Of a stretch of DNA of 64,000 bases, positions 49,589-64,000 are shown piece after piece. The stretch covers positions 1,736,001-1,800,000 of the forward strand of contig OY986946.1 in assembly GCA_963920595.1 (NCBI GenBank), written 5' to 3'. This stretch comes from Eimeria praecox (lineage: Eukaryota). The first letter of the stretch is position 1. Each line of letters opens with the position of its first letter. The notes under the pieces are model-generated. The model had not been told where the DNA came from. It did no database searches and saw only the letters and a program-made list of their open reading frames with translations. A program made the translations under genes and the position numbers.

Positions 49589-50211
49589 TAGCTGCTAGAC
49601 TTTGTATTATCTTCTTATTATTTTTAATAAACAAAAAAACTCATAAAATCAAAGAACTCCAAACTTTGAAGCATTTAACTTTGAATTACTTCATCATTAT
49701 TTATCGTTGTGACTCCGTCGACTCAGCAAGAGAAACACGAAGAAAGCTGGACGATCTTCAATTAAATATTATTATTTTTGTTTTTAATGAGTTCAAATAG
49801 GAAAGTAAAAACAAATAAAATGTATATTTACTTTAAAAATATGAAATTAAAACATAATTTCGTAGCTTTTGATTCTAAATATTAATGAGGGTTAAGCCGG
49901 AAAGGCCTCTGGGGCTGCCGCTTGAAATGCTGAGGTGTACAGACAGCTGTTTGGATTGATTTGATGTTTATAAAAATAATTTTTCTTCATTTAAATATAT
50001 CTTGAATATAAAAGAATGATAAATGTGAGGAAATAAATACGTGTACAAACTTAAAACATACAAGAGAATAAGAATAGTCTTCTTATACTGGCGGTATAGA
50101 ACGAAGAGGGGCTTGATATAATAAAAATCAAATATTTGTTGTATTTAAATCATTTTTCTTATTTTTTTTTGTTTTATTGTATTATTTTATAATTTTTATA
50201 AATATCTGAAG

Positions 50212-50519
50212 ATGTCCACCGAAAAATTGAAAGAAGCAACCGCTGAAATCGATCGTCTAGTAGAGAGTGAGGGTTTCTTCTATACACCTCATCGTCTATG
50301 TTTTTAATTAATTTTAATTTATTTAACTCTAAATATATTTAAAAATAATAATTAATATATTTATTTCATATATAAATGTATTAATTTTCATTTAATACAA
50401 TCTTTTCTTGTTTTTCTCTGTTTTTCTTGTTTTTTGCTTCTTTAGGACTACAAACAAACACTCGAAATGTTAATCGTCTTATGACACAGGCAAATGAAAT
50501 AGAAGCTGTAATTAGTGTA

Positions 50520-50551
<32 letters not shown>

Positions 50552-50639
50552 GATAGATAGATAGATAGATAGATATAGATATAGATATAGATATAGATAT
50601 AGATATAGATATAATATTATAATAACAGTTGTAGACAGA

Positions 50640-50709
<70 letters not shown>

Positions 50710-50811
50710 TCTTTCCTCTTTCTACTATATCAAGTATATCTAATATGTAATTAACTATCTCCCATATAAATAAATACAGAAATAAATAAATAGACAAATA
50801 AATAAACATAT

Positions 50812-50863
<52 letters not shown>

Positions 50864-51017
50864 TATTTTTATTGTATGTAGGAGCTTGATGCTGCTGCAT
50901 CTGACTCTGTGATTTACAAGATGGTTGGCCCGATTTTAATTCGTCAAGACAAAGACGAAGCGCTGCAGACTGTAACCAAACGACTCGATTATGTTAAGAC
51001 AGAAATGTAGGATATTC

Positions 51018-51053
<36 letters not shown>

Positions 51054-51915
51054 CAGCAGCATTTACTTTACTGCTGATGCTGCTGTTGGTGCTGCTGCTG
51101 TTCTTGTTGTTGTTGCTGCTGCTGTTGCTGCTGTTCTTGCTGTTGTTGTTGTTTGTTGTTGTTTGTTGTTGTTGTTTGTTGTTGTTTGTTGTTTGTTGTT
51201 GTTGTTTGTTGTTGTTTGTTGTTGTTTGTTGTTTGTTGTTGTTGTTGTTTGTTGTTGTTTGTTGTTTGTTGTTGTTCGTTGTTGTTTGTTGTTGTTTGTT
51301 GTTTGTTGTTGTTTGTTGTTCGTTGTTGTTTGTTGTTGTTTGTTGTTTGTTGTTGTTGTTGTTTGTTGTTGTTTGTTGTTTGTTGTTGTTTTGTTGTTTT
51401 GATTCGATGCGGTCTTGTTTGCTTTCTTATGCTGAAATTTTACAGCTGATGACGGGTTAGGGTTTAGGGTTTAGGGTTTAGGGTTTTAGGGTTTATTAGG
51501 GTTTAGGGTTTTAGGGTTTATTAGGGTTTAGGGTTTAGGGTTTAGGGTTTATTGAGGGGGAGTATGTTTTTTGTTGTGAGTGAAGTGTTAAGAGACTCGC
51601 CTTTAATGTTATTTACAATTTATTTATTATCTATTTATTTATTTATTATCTATTTATTATTTATATATCTATCTATCATTTATTTATTTATTATTTATGT
51701 ATATTTTATTTATATATTATTTATTTATTTATATTTTTATTATTTTTATTTTATTTTCTTTTTTATCGATATTTTGATTTTCTTGCTAAGAGTTTTTTGA
51801 ATCATAGTTTTATCTTTGTTTGTTATTTATAATATTTTATAATATTATATTTTGTTTGTTTTTGAAAATTGTCTGTAATTATATTATCGATTTTTTGTTT
51901 AATAGCTGTTTAGTA

Positions 51916-51960
<45 letters not shown>

Positions 51961-52186
51961 CTAGCATTATGATCTATATCTATATTTATTTAATAATTAA
52001 TTAATTAATTAATTAATTATACTATATTATATTATATTATCTATCTTAATTAATATGTTTGTATTTAGACAAAGATGCGAGCGGATCGAATCTCAAACTC
52101 GAAGCGAATTTCAAGAAGCTGCGGCAAACAGAGAAAATCTGCAGAAAAAAATATTAGAGAGACAGAGACAACAGAAGGGGAGATTG

Positions 52187-52189
<3 letters not shown>
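50212..52189 (+). CDS. PFDN6: Prefoldin beta subunit 6 (KE2/Yke2), 123 aa; exons 50212-50266, 50446-50516, 50882-51006, 52069-52189
   Basis: TQANEIEAVISELD...VIYKMVGPILIRQDKDEALQTVTKRLDYVKTEIQR matches the PFDN6 pattern; phases 1,0,2 are consistent. Confidence 0.9.
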
Positions 52190-52228
<39 letters not shown>

Positions 52229-53029
52229 ATAAATATTATATTACATTATTATTATTATTATTATTATTGTTATTATTATTATTATATTATATTGTTAAGG
52301 AGTAGTATTTATTATTATAAAGAATTATTCGCGTTGTTATTATGCGTTTATAATTATTATAATTATAATTATAATTATATGTTTGTAATTATATAATTAT
52401 AATTATATGTTTATAATTATATAATTATAATTATATGTTTATGATTATATAATTAGGATAGTTATGATTTTAATTGTATAATTATATTTGTTATGATGAT
52501 AATTATATAATTACAATTATAAATTATAATTATAATTTTAATTTGCTTACTGTATTTTCTGTCTTAGAAGGGGAGATCGTAAAGAAACAAATACAATTAT
52601 AAATATATAATTATAATTATAATTATATAATTATAATTATAAATATATAATTATAATTATAGTTATATAATTATATAATTATGATTATATAATTATATAA
52701 TTATATAATTATAATTATATAATTATATAATTATAATTATAATTTGTTTGTCATATCTTCTCCTTCTGCTCTGCTTTAGAAGGGAAAGCTATAAACAAAT
52801 AAATATAATTATAATTTTGATTTGTTTATTTATCTTCTTCTTCTTCTTCTTCTTCTTCTTCTCTGTATTAGAAGAGAAGAGAGAGAAGGGAGAGATAGTA
52901 AACAGATAGAAAGTAATTCGAGTTTGTTTATTTTATTCTTTCTTTTTCTCTATCTTTTAAAAAAAACAAAATAAACAAATAACAAACATCTTGCTGTATA
53001 TCTTCAGATCAATTCTCTCTTATTATTAA

Positions 53030-53105
<76 letters not shown>

Positions 53106-53632
53106 TAATAATATAAATTATTATATATAATATATATAAATATATATTAAAAATATAAAAAACAAACAAAAACAAACAAAACAGATTTTATTTATTGTGG
53201 AAAGAAATAAAATATTATAACAAACACAAAAATACAAAAATTGTTTTGTTTGTTTGTTTTGTTTGTTTTGTTTGTTTTGTTTGTTCTTCTTTACGTGTAG
53301 CTCTTTATTTAAATGTTTAATGTTTAAATGTTTTTAAATGTTATTTGTTTCTTCTTATAGAGGAGATGTGTTTAATGTTTATTATAATTAATATTATTAA
53401 TAATAATATTATTATATTTTCTATCTTTTTCTCTTTTTTTTATTTTATTCTTCTGTAAATCTCCTTCTATATATCTTCGGCTTTGTTTTTCGTTGTCACT
53501 CGTTTGTTTGTTTGTTTGTTTGTTTGTTTATTTCTTTCTCTTCATCTTCTTTTATATTTATATTTATATTTATATTTATATTTTTGTTTATCTTCTTCTT
53601 CTTTCTTCTTCTTCTTTTTATTTTTTTTTAAT

Positions 53633-54351
53633 TTACTGTGCGCCGATGAGAGGAGCAAATCTGAGATTTAATGTTTTGAAAAATTTGGTGATTTAATTAT
53701 TTCTAATTTATTGTCTAATATAATTAATTTAAATTAATTAATTTAAATTAATTAATTTAATTAATTTATTTAATTTAATTAATTTAATTAATTTAATTAA
53801 TTTATTAATTAATTTTATATATTATAATTAATTAGTTAATTAATTTAATTAATTTAATTTAGTTAGTTTGAGTTAATTAATTTAATATAATTAGTTTAAC
53901 GTAATTAATTTAACTTAATTAATTTAATATATTGTATTATATTATTTTTAATTATTTATTTGATTGATATAAATTAATTCGGTCAAGTAGCATCGATTTA
54001 TTTCCTTTGTTTATATTATTTAACTACTTTACCTAAATCCTTTGAACTACTATCTAATCTAATTTAATTTAATTTAATTTAATTTAATTTAATTTAATTT
54101 AATTAAAACACTTACTGCTCTGCCGCCCCAATCATCTCGTCGAAGCTCATGCATTTATTCATGATGAAAGTCAAAACAATCCAAACACTAACAAATATAA
54201 AAATATAAAAAGTAATTTAAATATAAACATATCAAGATATATATATATATATATAAGAGAGAGAGAGAGAGAGATAGATATATAGATATATAGGTATAGA
54301 TATAGGTATAGATATATAGATATAGATATAGATATAGATATAGATATAGAT

Positions 54352-54402
<51 letters not shown>

Positions 54403-54585
54403 TAGATAGATAGATAGATATAGATAGATAGATAGATATAGACATAGACATATAGATATAGATAGATATAGATATATAGATATTAGATATAGATATATAG
54501 CTATGGATATAGATGTAGATATAGATATAGATATAGATATATAGATATATCTATCTATCTATATATATATCTATATCTATATATA

Positions 54586-54616
<31 letters not shown>

Positions 54617-54838
54617 AGATATATATAGATATAGATATAGATATAGATATAGATATATATAGATATATATAGATCTATATCTATATAGATATAGATATGT
54701 GCATATATAGATAGATATTATATATAGATATATTAATTTAATTACTTTCTCCCTCACCAATAAACTTCGAAGAGAGCGACTAAAGAAAGCGCTCCAGCAA
54801 TCCCGAGTTGAAAAGCTAAACAAAGGAGAAGCAGATTA

Positions 54839-54916
<78 letters not shown>

Positions 54917-55674
54917 ATTTAAACTTATATTTATATTTATGTTTATATTTTATATTTAATTGCAGCGCATCACTTAGTCTAAAACAGTTTATACATCACG
55001 TCTGTCTTCATCGGCATTTAATAAAACATAAAAAACATAATTAATATATTAAATTATTTATTATTTAAATTATATTTTTCTTTCTATTCTTCAATATTAA
55101 AATAAATTAAATAACTTACGACGTTTTTGCATTTTCGCAATTGCGAGCACTTCATCTTTTTGAGAAGTTGAAAGTTTCTTGAAACTGCAAATTAAATCAA
55201 ATTAATTTTATTTTATTTTAAATATTTTAATTATAAATAAATTAATAATTTAAATTAAATCAAATTAATTTTATTTTATTTTAAATATATTAATTATAAA
55301 TAAATTAATAATTTGAATTAAATCAAATTAATTTTATTTTATTTTAAATATATTAATTATAAATAAAATTAATAATTTAAATTAAATCAAATTAATTTTA
55401 TTTTATTTTAAACATATTAATTATAAATAAATTAATAATTTGAATTAAATCAAATTAATTTTATTTTATTTTAAATATTTTAATTAACAATAAAATTAAT
55501 AATTTAAATTAAATCAAATTAATTTTATTTTATTTTATTTTATTTTATTTAAATAATAATTTATCAATCATTTGTTCTACCGGCGCAAGGAAAAATCTAC
55601 GAATGAATCAGCAGCAGCACCAACAATAACAAGAGCAGCAGCAACAGCAGCACCAATAAGAAGAGCAACAGCAA

Positions 55675-55724
<50 letters not shown>

Positions 55725-56001
55725 GCAGCAACAGCAGCAGCATCAACAGCAGCAGCAACAGCACCACCACCAGCAACAGCAGCAACAGCAGCAGCAACAG
55801 CAGCAACAGCAGCAGCAACAGCAGCAGCAGCATCAACAGCAGCATCAACAGCACCACCACCAGCAACAGCAGCAACAGCAGCAGCAGCAACAGCAGCACC
55901 ACCAGCAACAGCAGCAACAGCAGCAACAGCACCACCAGCGCCACCAGCAACAGCAGCACGAGCAAAAGCAACAGCAGCAGCAACAGCAGCAGCACCACCA
56001 G

Positions 56002-56039
<38 letters not shown>

Positions 56040-56167
56040 GCAGCAGCAGCAGCATTTCTGCTGTTCTAACTCTGGCGGTAGTTCTCCCTCGGACACTTCT
56101 CCGTTCTCTCCCGCAGTTTGATTCGCATGAGGAACTGAAAATCAAAATCGTGATGATGATGATGATG

Positions 56168-56241
<74 letters not shown>

Positions 56242-56251
56242 GATAGTATTA

Positions 56252-56305
<54 letters not shown>

Positions 56306-56407
56306 TTTCTCTCCTTACTTTTAAATGATTTGTATTATTAAATTATTTGTACTATTAAGTGTTTTGTATTATTGTTTTGTATTATTAAATGTTTTGTATT
56401 ATTATTA

Positions 56408-56459
<52 letters not shown>

Positions 56460-58024
56460 CATTATTATCATTATTAATGTATTATTAAATGTTTTGTATT
56501 ATTAATATTATTGTATAATTAATTTACTTGCATAATTAATTTATTTGCCTATTAGCGTTCTTTGTATAATTAATATTATTATTATTATTATATAATAAAT
56601 TAATAATGTAATTAATTTATTTATATAATTAATTAGTTATATATAATTATTTGATTTAATTATATATTATAATTATGTGTTTAATTAATTAATAATATAA
56701 TTAATTAATTTTTATAATTAATTATTTTGTATAATCAATTATTTTGTATAATTCATCGATTTGTTTGAAGACGCGCTTTGTATTATTATGATTGTATAAT
56801 TAGTTAATAATATAATTAATTTATTTGTATACATAATAAATAATATAATTAATTTATTAATTAATAATATAACTTATCAATATTTCTATAATTAATTATA
56901 ATAATATAATTAATTTATTTATTTAATTAATTAGCAACATAATTAATTAATTATATAATTAATTAATCAATTAACTAATTAATTTATTAAGTAATTAATA
57001 ATATAATTAATTATTTAAATAAATAACTAATTAATAATATAATTAATTAATTAATTAATTCAAAAATTAATTAATTTAATAAATAATTAATTTAATCATT
57101 TATTTAATTTAAATAATTAAGCAAATAAATCAATTGATTAATAGAATTAATTAATTAATTATAATAATATAACTAATTAATTTATCTAATTAATTAATAA
57201 TATAATAAAATTAATTAATTAATTAATTAACTAATTAATTGACTAATTAATTACTAATATAATAAAGCTAATTAATAATACGATAAAATTAATTAATAAT
57301 ATAATAAAATTAATTAATTAATTAATTAACTACTAATATAATAAAATTAATTAATAATACAATAAAATTAACTAATATAATAAAATTATTTAATTAATAT
57401 TATAAAATTAGTTAGTTAATTAATTAAATTAATTAAGTAAATAATTACTTAACGTACCGAATAAAATTAATTAATTAATTAATTAATTAATAACATAATT
57501 AAATTAATTAATTAATTATATAATAAAATGAATTAATTAACTAATTAATTAATAATATAATAAAATTAATTAATTGATTAATTAACTAATTAACTAATTA
57601 ATTAACTAATTAATTAATTGATTAACAATATAATAAAATTAATTAATTAATTAATTAATTAACTAACTAACTAATTAATAATATAACAACATTAATTAAT
57701 TAATTAATTAATTAATTAATAATATAATAAAATTAATTAATTAAATAATTAAATAATTAAATAATTAATTAACTTACCGAAAGGCATATGTTGATAATCT
57801 GGTATTTCGATTTTCGGTATTTCGAAATCAGGAATATGAAAATCGATGAAAATTCGCGAATCATCGATTTCTGCATTTTTTAAAATTTTAGAAAAAATTG
57901 GATTTAGACGAAGGCGATTTAGAGCAGCACGAGCACGAGATCGATATCTTGCGTTTAATTCAAGTTGTTTAAATCCTGTTGGTGCCTGTTTCAAATCATA
58001 TATTATCTTGTTTCATCTTATGCT

Positions 58025-58110
<86 letters not shown>

Positions 58111-58766
58111 CAGAACATGAATTTACAAACATATTTAAATACATTTAAAATATTTAAATACATTTAAAACTTTATATATTAACAGAACATAAACTTACGA
58201 ATATATTTAAATAAATTTAAAATTATATATAATCATAAAATAAACTTACAAACACATTTTAAATAAATTTAAAATAATATATAATCATAAGATAGACTTA
58301 TAAATATATTTAAATAAATTTAAAATAATATATAATCATAAGATAGACTTATAAATATATTTAAATAAATTTAAAATAATATATAATCATAAGATAGACT
58401 TACGGCTCCACGGGGCGCAGGAGGCAGTAATTCGATTGTATCGGAGAAAGTTAAAACCACAAGAACAAGAAATAACAAACTAACAACAAATGTAGCTAAA
58501 TATACAACTTCAACGGCTTGATTTCTTCTCCACAGCCCCCAAATGCTGCAATAAAACAATAAATAATAATATATACATACATAACTGTTAAATAGATTAT
58601 TTATATATTCATGAAATCCTAAAAAATAAATCTTTAAATAAAAAAATACAAAATACTATACATAAATGTTTAATATATTATTTATTTATTTATATATTTA
58701 TGTATGTATTTATGTATATATTTATATATTTATTAATGAAATCGTAAGAAATAAAACCTTTTTTAT

Positions 58767-58829
<63 letters not shown>

Positions 58830-59114
58830 ACGTACCCTAAAATAGCACTAAAACAGTGCGTGAGCAACAAAAACCAAGCAGGAGCAATTAACGTCGGTCT
58901 TAGGAATTTGAAAGACATAAAAAGAAAAAAACCAACAAGGATTTGTAGAAAGGCGACAATAATTAAACCCTAAAATTAAATTAATATCAATTAAACATAA
59001 ACAACAAATAAATCAAATCTTTCTTCTTTTTTTTATCTTATTTTCTATACTACTCACCGAACGTATACTCATGAAACCCAAAAAACTCCGAGCTTTCAAA
59101 GCCGATATATCCAT
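53633..59114 (-). CDS. Unknown four-TM membrane protein, ~275 aa; exons 59114-59058, 58969-58836, 58545-58404, 57985-57778, 56134-56071, 55184-55120, 54815-54758, 54187-54116, 53660-53633
   Basis: Nine exons join with GT-AG and consistent phases into one ORF: three N-terminal TMs, a ~120-aa loop, a fourth TM ([28 protein letters not shown]), ending [11 protein letters not shown]. Confidence 0.75.
55188..55545. repeat. ~61-bp AT-rich tandem repeat (about 6 copies) adjoining a 3' splice site
   Basis: AATTAAATCAAATTAATTTTATTTTATTTT... recurs on successive lines. Confidence 0.88.
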
Positions 59115-59335
59115 CGTATTGTAAAATATAATTAAATAATATTAATTTAATAATTCAATAAATAAATATAAATATATATTTATATTTATAATATAAATAT
59201 AAATAAATAAATACTTTTCGTATTCTATCAACAAATATCACAACAAAATTTTTCTGATTTTTCATTTGTTGAATATTCAAAAACATCACAAAAAAAACCT
59301 CGGGTGTACATACACCTCCTCTTGAACGCAATTCA

Positions 59336-59380
<45 letters not shown>

Positions 59381-59710
59381 TGATTTTTCTGTTTTTTTTT
59401 GGGTTTGCAACATTGCGATAAGTAATGCAGCAACATAATTTTTTCGGCTTTCTTTCTCTGTTTCCTCTTTTTTGTATTTTGTTGTTTTTTAAGATTTATT
59501 GTATTATCGAAGCATCATTATATTAAAACAAATGTGTTCCTTTCTTCAATTATACACTCTAAGCCTATTCAGCCTATACAGGAGTACCCTAAACCCTAAA
59601 CCCTAAACTACTACACTACTATGTATACTACTAACTACTTAATCTCTCTCTTCTACTTTTTTTCTGTTTCAATTCTATGAAGACGAATGCCAACAATTAA
59701 TTTTATTTAT

Positions 59711-59926
59711 TTAATTTGTTTGTTTTGTTTGTCTTTATTATATTTATTTATATATTTTAGTTTTTATATTCTCTATATTACAGTTGTAGCAGCATGAAGT
59801 AAGCCGCACTTTCTCTGTTTTCTTCTTCTTCTTCGAATAATGGTGCTACAACAATAAGAGATAAAGACTATAAAAACTAAAATATATAAATAAATATAAT
59901 AAAAACAAACAAAACAAACAAATTAA
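59711..59926. repeat. Long inverted repeat (58-bp arms, 1 mismatch) with inner 13-bp stem
   Basis: 59711-59768 vs 59869-59926; inner 59783-59795 vs 59840-59852. Confidence 0.9.
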
Positions 59927-60316
59927 TACATAATTAAGATTAATTATATATATTACATATATATAATATATAATATAATATATAATTATATATAATTATA
60001 AGATTAATTATGTATTATTAAGATTGTGGAAGTAACAGTTGAAGAGAGGAAAAGAAGAAGAAGTCTGTCTACAAACAAAATGGTTATTTCAAGTAAGTAG
60101 AACGAAGAATATCTTCTTCTCTTCCTTCCCAATTGTTTCTTCCTTTATTCTTCTTTTTCAAGATATAATAATAATAAACAAAAACAGCGTAAGATATTTG
60201 AATAAGTTCATGTGTTTGTTTTGTTTGTTTTTATTATATGTATATTAATATAAATATAAATATAAATATAAATATTTATATTAATATTAATATTTTAATT
60301 TATATATTTTTTATAT

Positions 60317-61113
60317 CTAATCAACTTGATTCACATCCTTCTCAGTGTATTTCCCTTTGTTTGTTGCTCTGCTCTTTCTCTCTAATAATGCTTTTCTGTC
60401 TTTGTTTAATTTTGGTTTTGTAATTACTACTTTGCTTGGATGAATGCCGATAGGAACTTCGCCTGCACCNNNNNNNNNNNNNNNNNNNNNNNNNNNNNNN
60501 NNNNNNNNNNNNNNNNNNNNNNNNNNNNNNNNNNNNNNNNNNNNNNNNNNNNNNNNNNNNNNNNNNNNNNNNNNNNNNNNNNNNNNNNNNNNNNNNNNNN
60601 NNNNNNNNNNNNNNNNNNNNNNNNNNNNNNNNNNNNNNNNNNNNNNNNNNNNNNNNNNNNNNNNNNNNNTCTTTCTGTAAACTTGCACGACTTTTCCTTC
60701 TCTATCATGATATCTTCCCCGCACGATCATCACTTCATCGTCCTTACGAATCGGGAGAGAACGAACCTGAAAATAAGAAAAAGAAGAATATATATATATA
60801 CAGGAATTAAAATAGTATATTTTACTGTTACTGTTTCATATATATATATATATATATATACAGGAATTAAAATAGTATATTTTACTGTTACTGTTTCAAA
60901 TGCATATATATATATATATATATATAATTTACATATAATTCACCAATTTGGTGTTGCAGTTGATTTATACAGCTGAGCTTACGTTGAATTTTTTGCGTAA
61001 TTCTTTGCACAGAGGCGCAGTCATTATTTTTCTTCTTACACTCGAAGGCGCACCGAAATGTGCCTTGCGAGATTTTCTCCTTGAGGAGGATACACCTGAA
61101 CAGAAATAAAATA

Positions 61114-61156
<43 letters not shown>

Positions 61157-61730
61157 GATAGATAGATAGATATAGATATATAGATGTATAGATATAGAAA
61201 CAGATATAGATACAGATATAGATATATATTTTAAATAAATATATTATATTTAAATTGAATATAGAGAGATTCAACATCAAAACAACTTTCAAGAAGAAGA
61301 AGAAGAAAAAGATATACAGCCGGTGATGATATGTTTATTGCATGCATGCATGCATACACATATTGAATTTTTCTTCTTTTTTTTGTTTATTATTATTATT
61401 TATTATTTATTTATTTTAAAATAATAATTAAATTAAGAAACAAAAAAAACAAAAGATATATTTACATGCATGCAAATTTGATGTTAGTTTCGCGGCTGCG
61501 GTTTTTCTCTTCTTTCTATGAAACCAAAATTAAATATTTTTTGTTTATTTCAATTACAAACTCAAAATATAAAATAAAATAAAATAAAATAAAATAAAAG
61601 AAGATATAATATTAAAAACAACAACAACAACAACAACAAAAACAACAAACAAGAACCATAAACAAGATAAGCATGCAAGAAATAGCAATATAAAGTTAAG
61701 TATAAACTACTTACTTGTATTAAACTTCAT
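60317..61730 (-). CDS. RPL26: 60S ribosomal protein L26 (uL24); exons 61730-61715, 61095-60983, 60766-[gap]-60317
   Basis: [75 protein letters not shown]..gap..[28 protein letters not shown]. Confidence 0.96.
60470..60669. other. Assembly gap (200 N)
   Basis: Exactly 200 N inside RPL26. By comparison with typical uL24, only ~15 codons appear to be missing, so the size is nominal or the gap contains an intron. Confidence 0.99.
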
Positions 61731-62692
61731 TTTCTCCCAAGAGAATAAATAAAAACTTCCTTCTTGAGACAAATGAAGAATAAATAACTCAAATATTTAA
61801 TTTAAACCACAAATTATCTCATCAATCTTTCTTCACACTCCCCCACGAAAACCCCACGGAGCGCGCTTCTAGCAGCTCCAGCCCCCGCAGGTATGTATAT
61901 ATATATAATATATATATATTTATATGTATGTTAATATAAGAAAAAAAACATATTTATTATGTGTTTATATTTAAAAAAAGAAAGAAATTAAATATAAAAC
62001 AATTTTAAATTTATATTTATATTAAAAATATAAATATAAAAGATATATACTGTTCTCTCCTCTTGTTTATTTTATATCCAAAGAATTGTTTGCTTGATAC
62101 AGCTGAGAGTTTGAGTAATATTTTTTTATTTTTTAAATTTAAAATATTAAATAAATATTTTAAATTATATTAATTTATTAATTTAAATATAATTCAAACA
62201 ATTACTTCCAATTATCCTACAGAAATAATATTGCTGTTGCTTCAGCCAGCGTTTGTTGGTGTTGTAGCTACGGAGGGCCCCATTATTAAATATTTGTGTG
62301 TGTATTTTATGTATATTCTTAAATTTATATTTTTTCATGCTTTGAAAAATAAAAAAAGAATAAATAAAATAATAAAATAAATATAAAAAAGCAAAATATA
62401 AACAACATATTAATTCTGTTGTTGTGTATATATCTGCAGAAGCAATATATGTTTTTGAGTTGTTGGTGTTGATGTTGATGTTGATGTTGATGTTGTTTTT
62501 GTGGTTTTTGGTGTTAATTTGAATTAATTTTGTTTGTTTTTTTCTTCTTTTCTTTTCATATTATATTTTATATTTCTTTTTCTTTGCGAATTCAACAAAC
62601 TTGAGACGAAAAACTTTGCTTTCCATCCAATTCATGTTCTCTTCATTTCTTTTCTGATCTACTACTACTTCTGCGGTGGCTGTCTGTCTGCG

Positions 62693-62743
<51 letters not shown>

Positions 62744-63337
62744 TTATTGTATTATATTTATATATTTTGTATGTTTTTTTATCTTTGTGTTTAAATGAAG
62801 TGAATATAAATGATGGAAACTTCGTTTAAATACAAATCTTGAATATATTTTCTTTCTTTATTACATTCATTTCATTCTCATGAAAGAAATATTTATATCT
62901 TTTTCTAGATTCACAGATTCAGCTCTTCTTCCCCTGCAGCAATTATGAGGTAGTTTCGATTTTCTAGAATGGTTTATTAAATACTATTTTGAAGGATTAA
63001 TTATATTTAATAATTAATTATCTTTTCTCAAGTTTATTTATTATTTCATTGAAGATCACTCCTTAAATGCAACAGATCGTCTTCCCATATTTCGGGTGTA
63101 TAGGCAGCTCATGTTGAACGAGAGAATTTCTTACCTACAAACAACAACAACAACAACAAAAACAACAACAACAACAACAACTATGCCTATTTCTTCTTCT
63201 TTTATTCTTTTTTATGATTCTTTTCAGTTTATTTTTGAGTATTTATGTATATTATTTATTTATATGTTTATCTAGTTTATTTTATTTTTGAATATTTATC
63301 TTTGTAAATTTGAGTGTTATGTTTTTTTGAGATTAAG

Positions 63338-64000
<663 letters not shown>

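Noticed and set aside
55581..55596. Possible 16-nt exon in the 4-TM gene
   Set aside because: It breaks phase with exon 55184-55120 and leads to a stop.

Overview
Eukaryotic, intron-rich, very AT-rich genomic DNA. It is dense in (CAG)n, telomere-like (AAACCCT)n, TGCATGCA and (TA)n/(ATAG)n/(TTAA)n repeats, a combination typical of coccidian apicomplexans of the Eimeria type (inferred from repeat content and gene style). Most ORFs in the supplied track are microsatellite artefacts. By hand-splicing I can support about 11 protein-coding genes: the 3' end of DNA topoisomerase IB; a YIPF6-like Yip1 protein; a type II membrane protein with an HtrL/YibB-like domain; RPL18A; a ~17 kb multi-TM cyclic-nucleotide phosphodiesterase; a signal-peptide-bearing Gln/Ala-rich protein; a TBC Rab-GAP; prefoldin 6; an unknown 4-TM protein; RPL26 (spans a 200-N gap); and the 5' end of a low-complexity gene. 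The most striking unexplained structure: (1) a dispersed 14-24 bp palindrome G(G/C)TGT(A/C)YR(T/G)ACA(C/G)C present ~20 times, with a copy upstream of nearly every gene; (2) repeated 'echo' duplications of exon ends, splice sites and stop codons, some forming perfectly in-frame AG..GT-flanked candidate micro-exons inside the PDE catalytic domain; (3) several long fold-back inverted repeats in intergenic DNA. All gene models are manual, with no RNA or database evidence.
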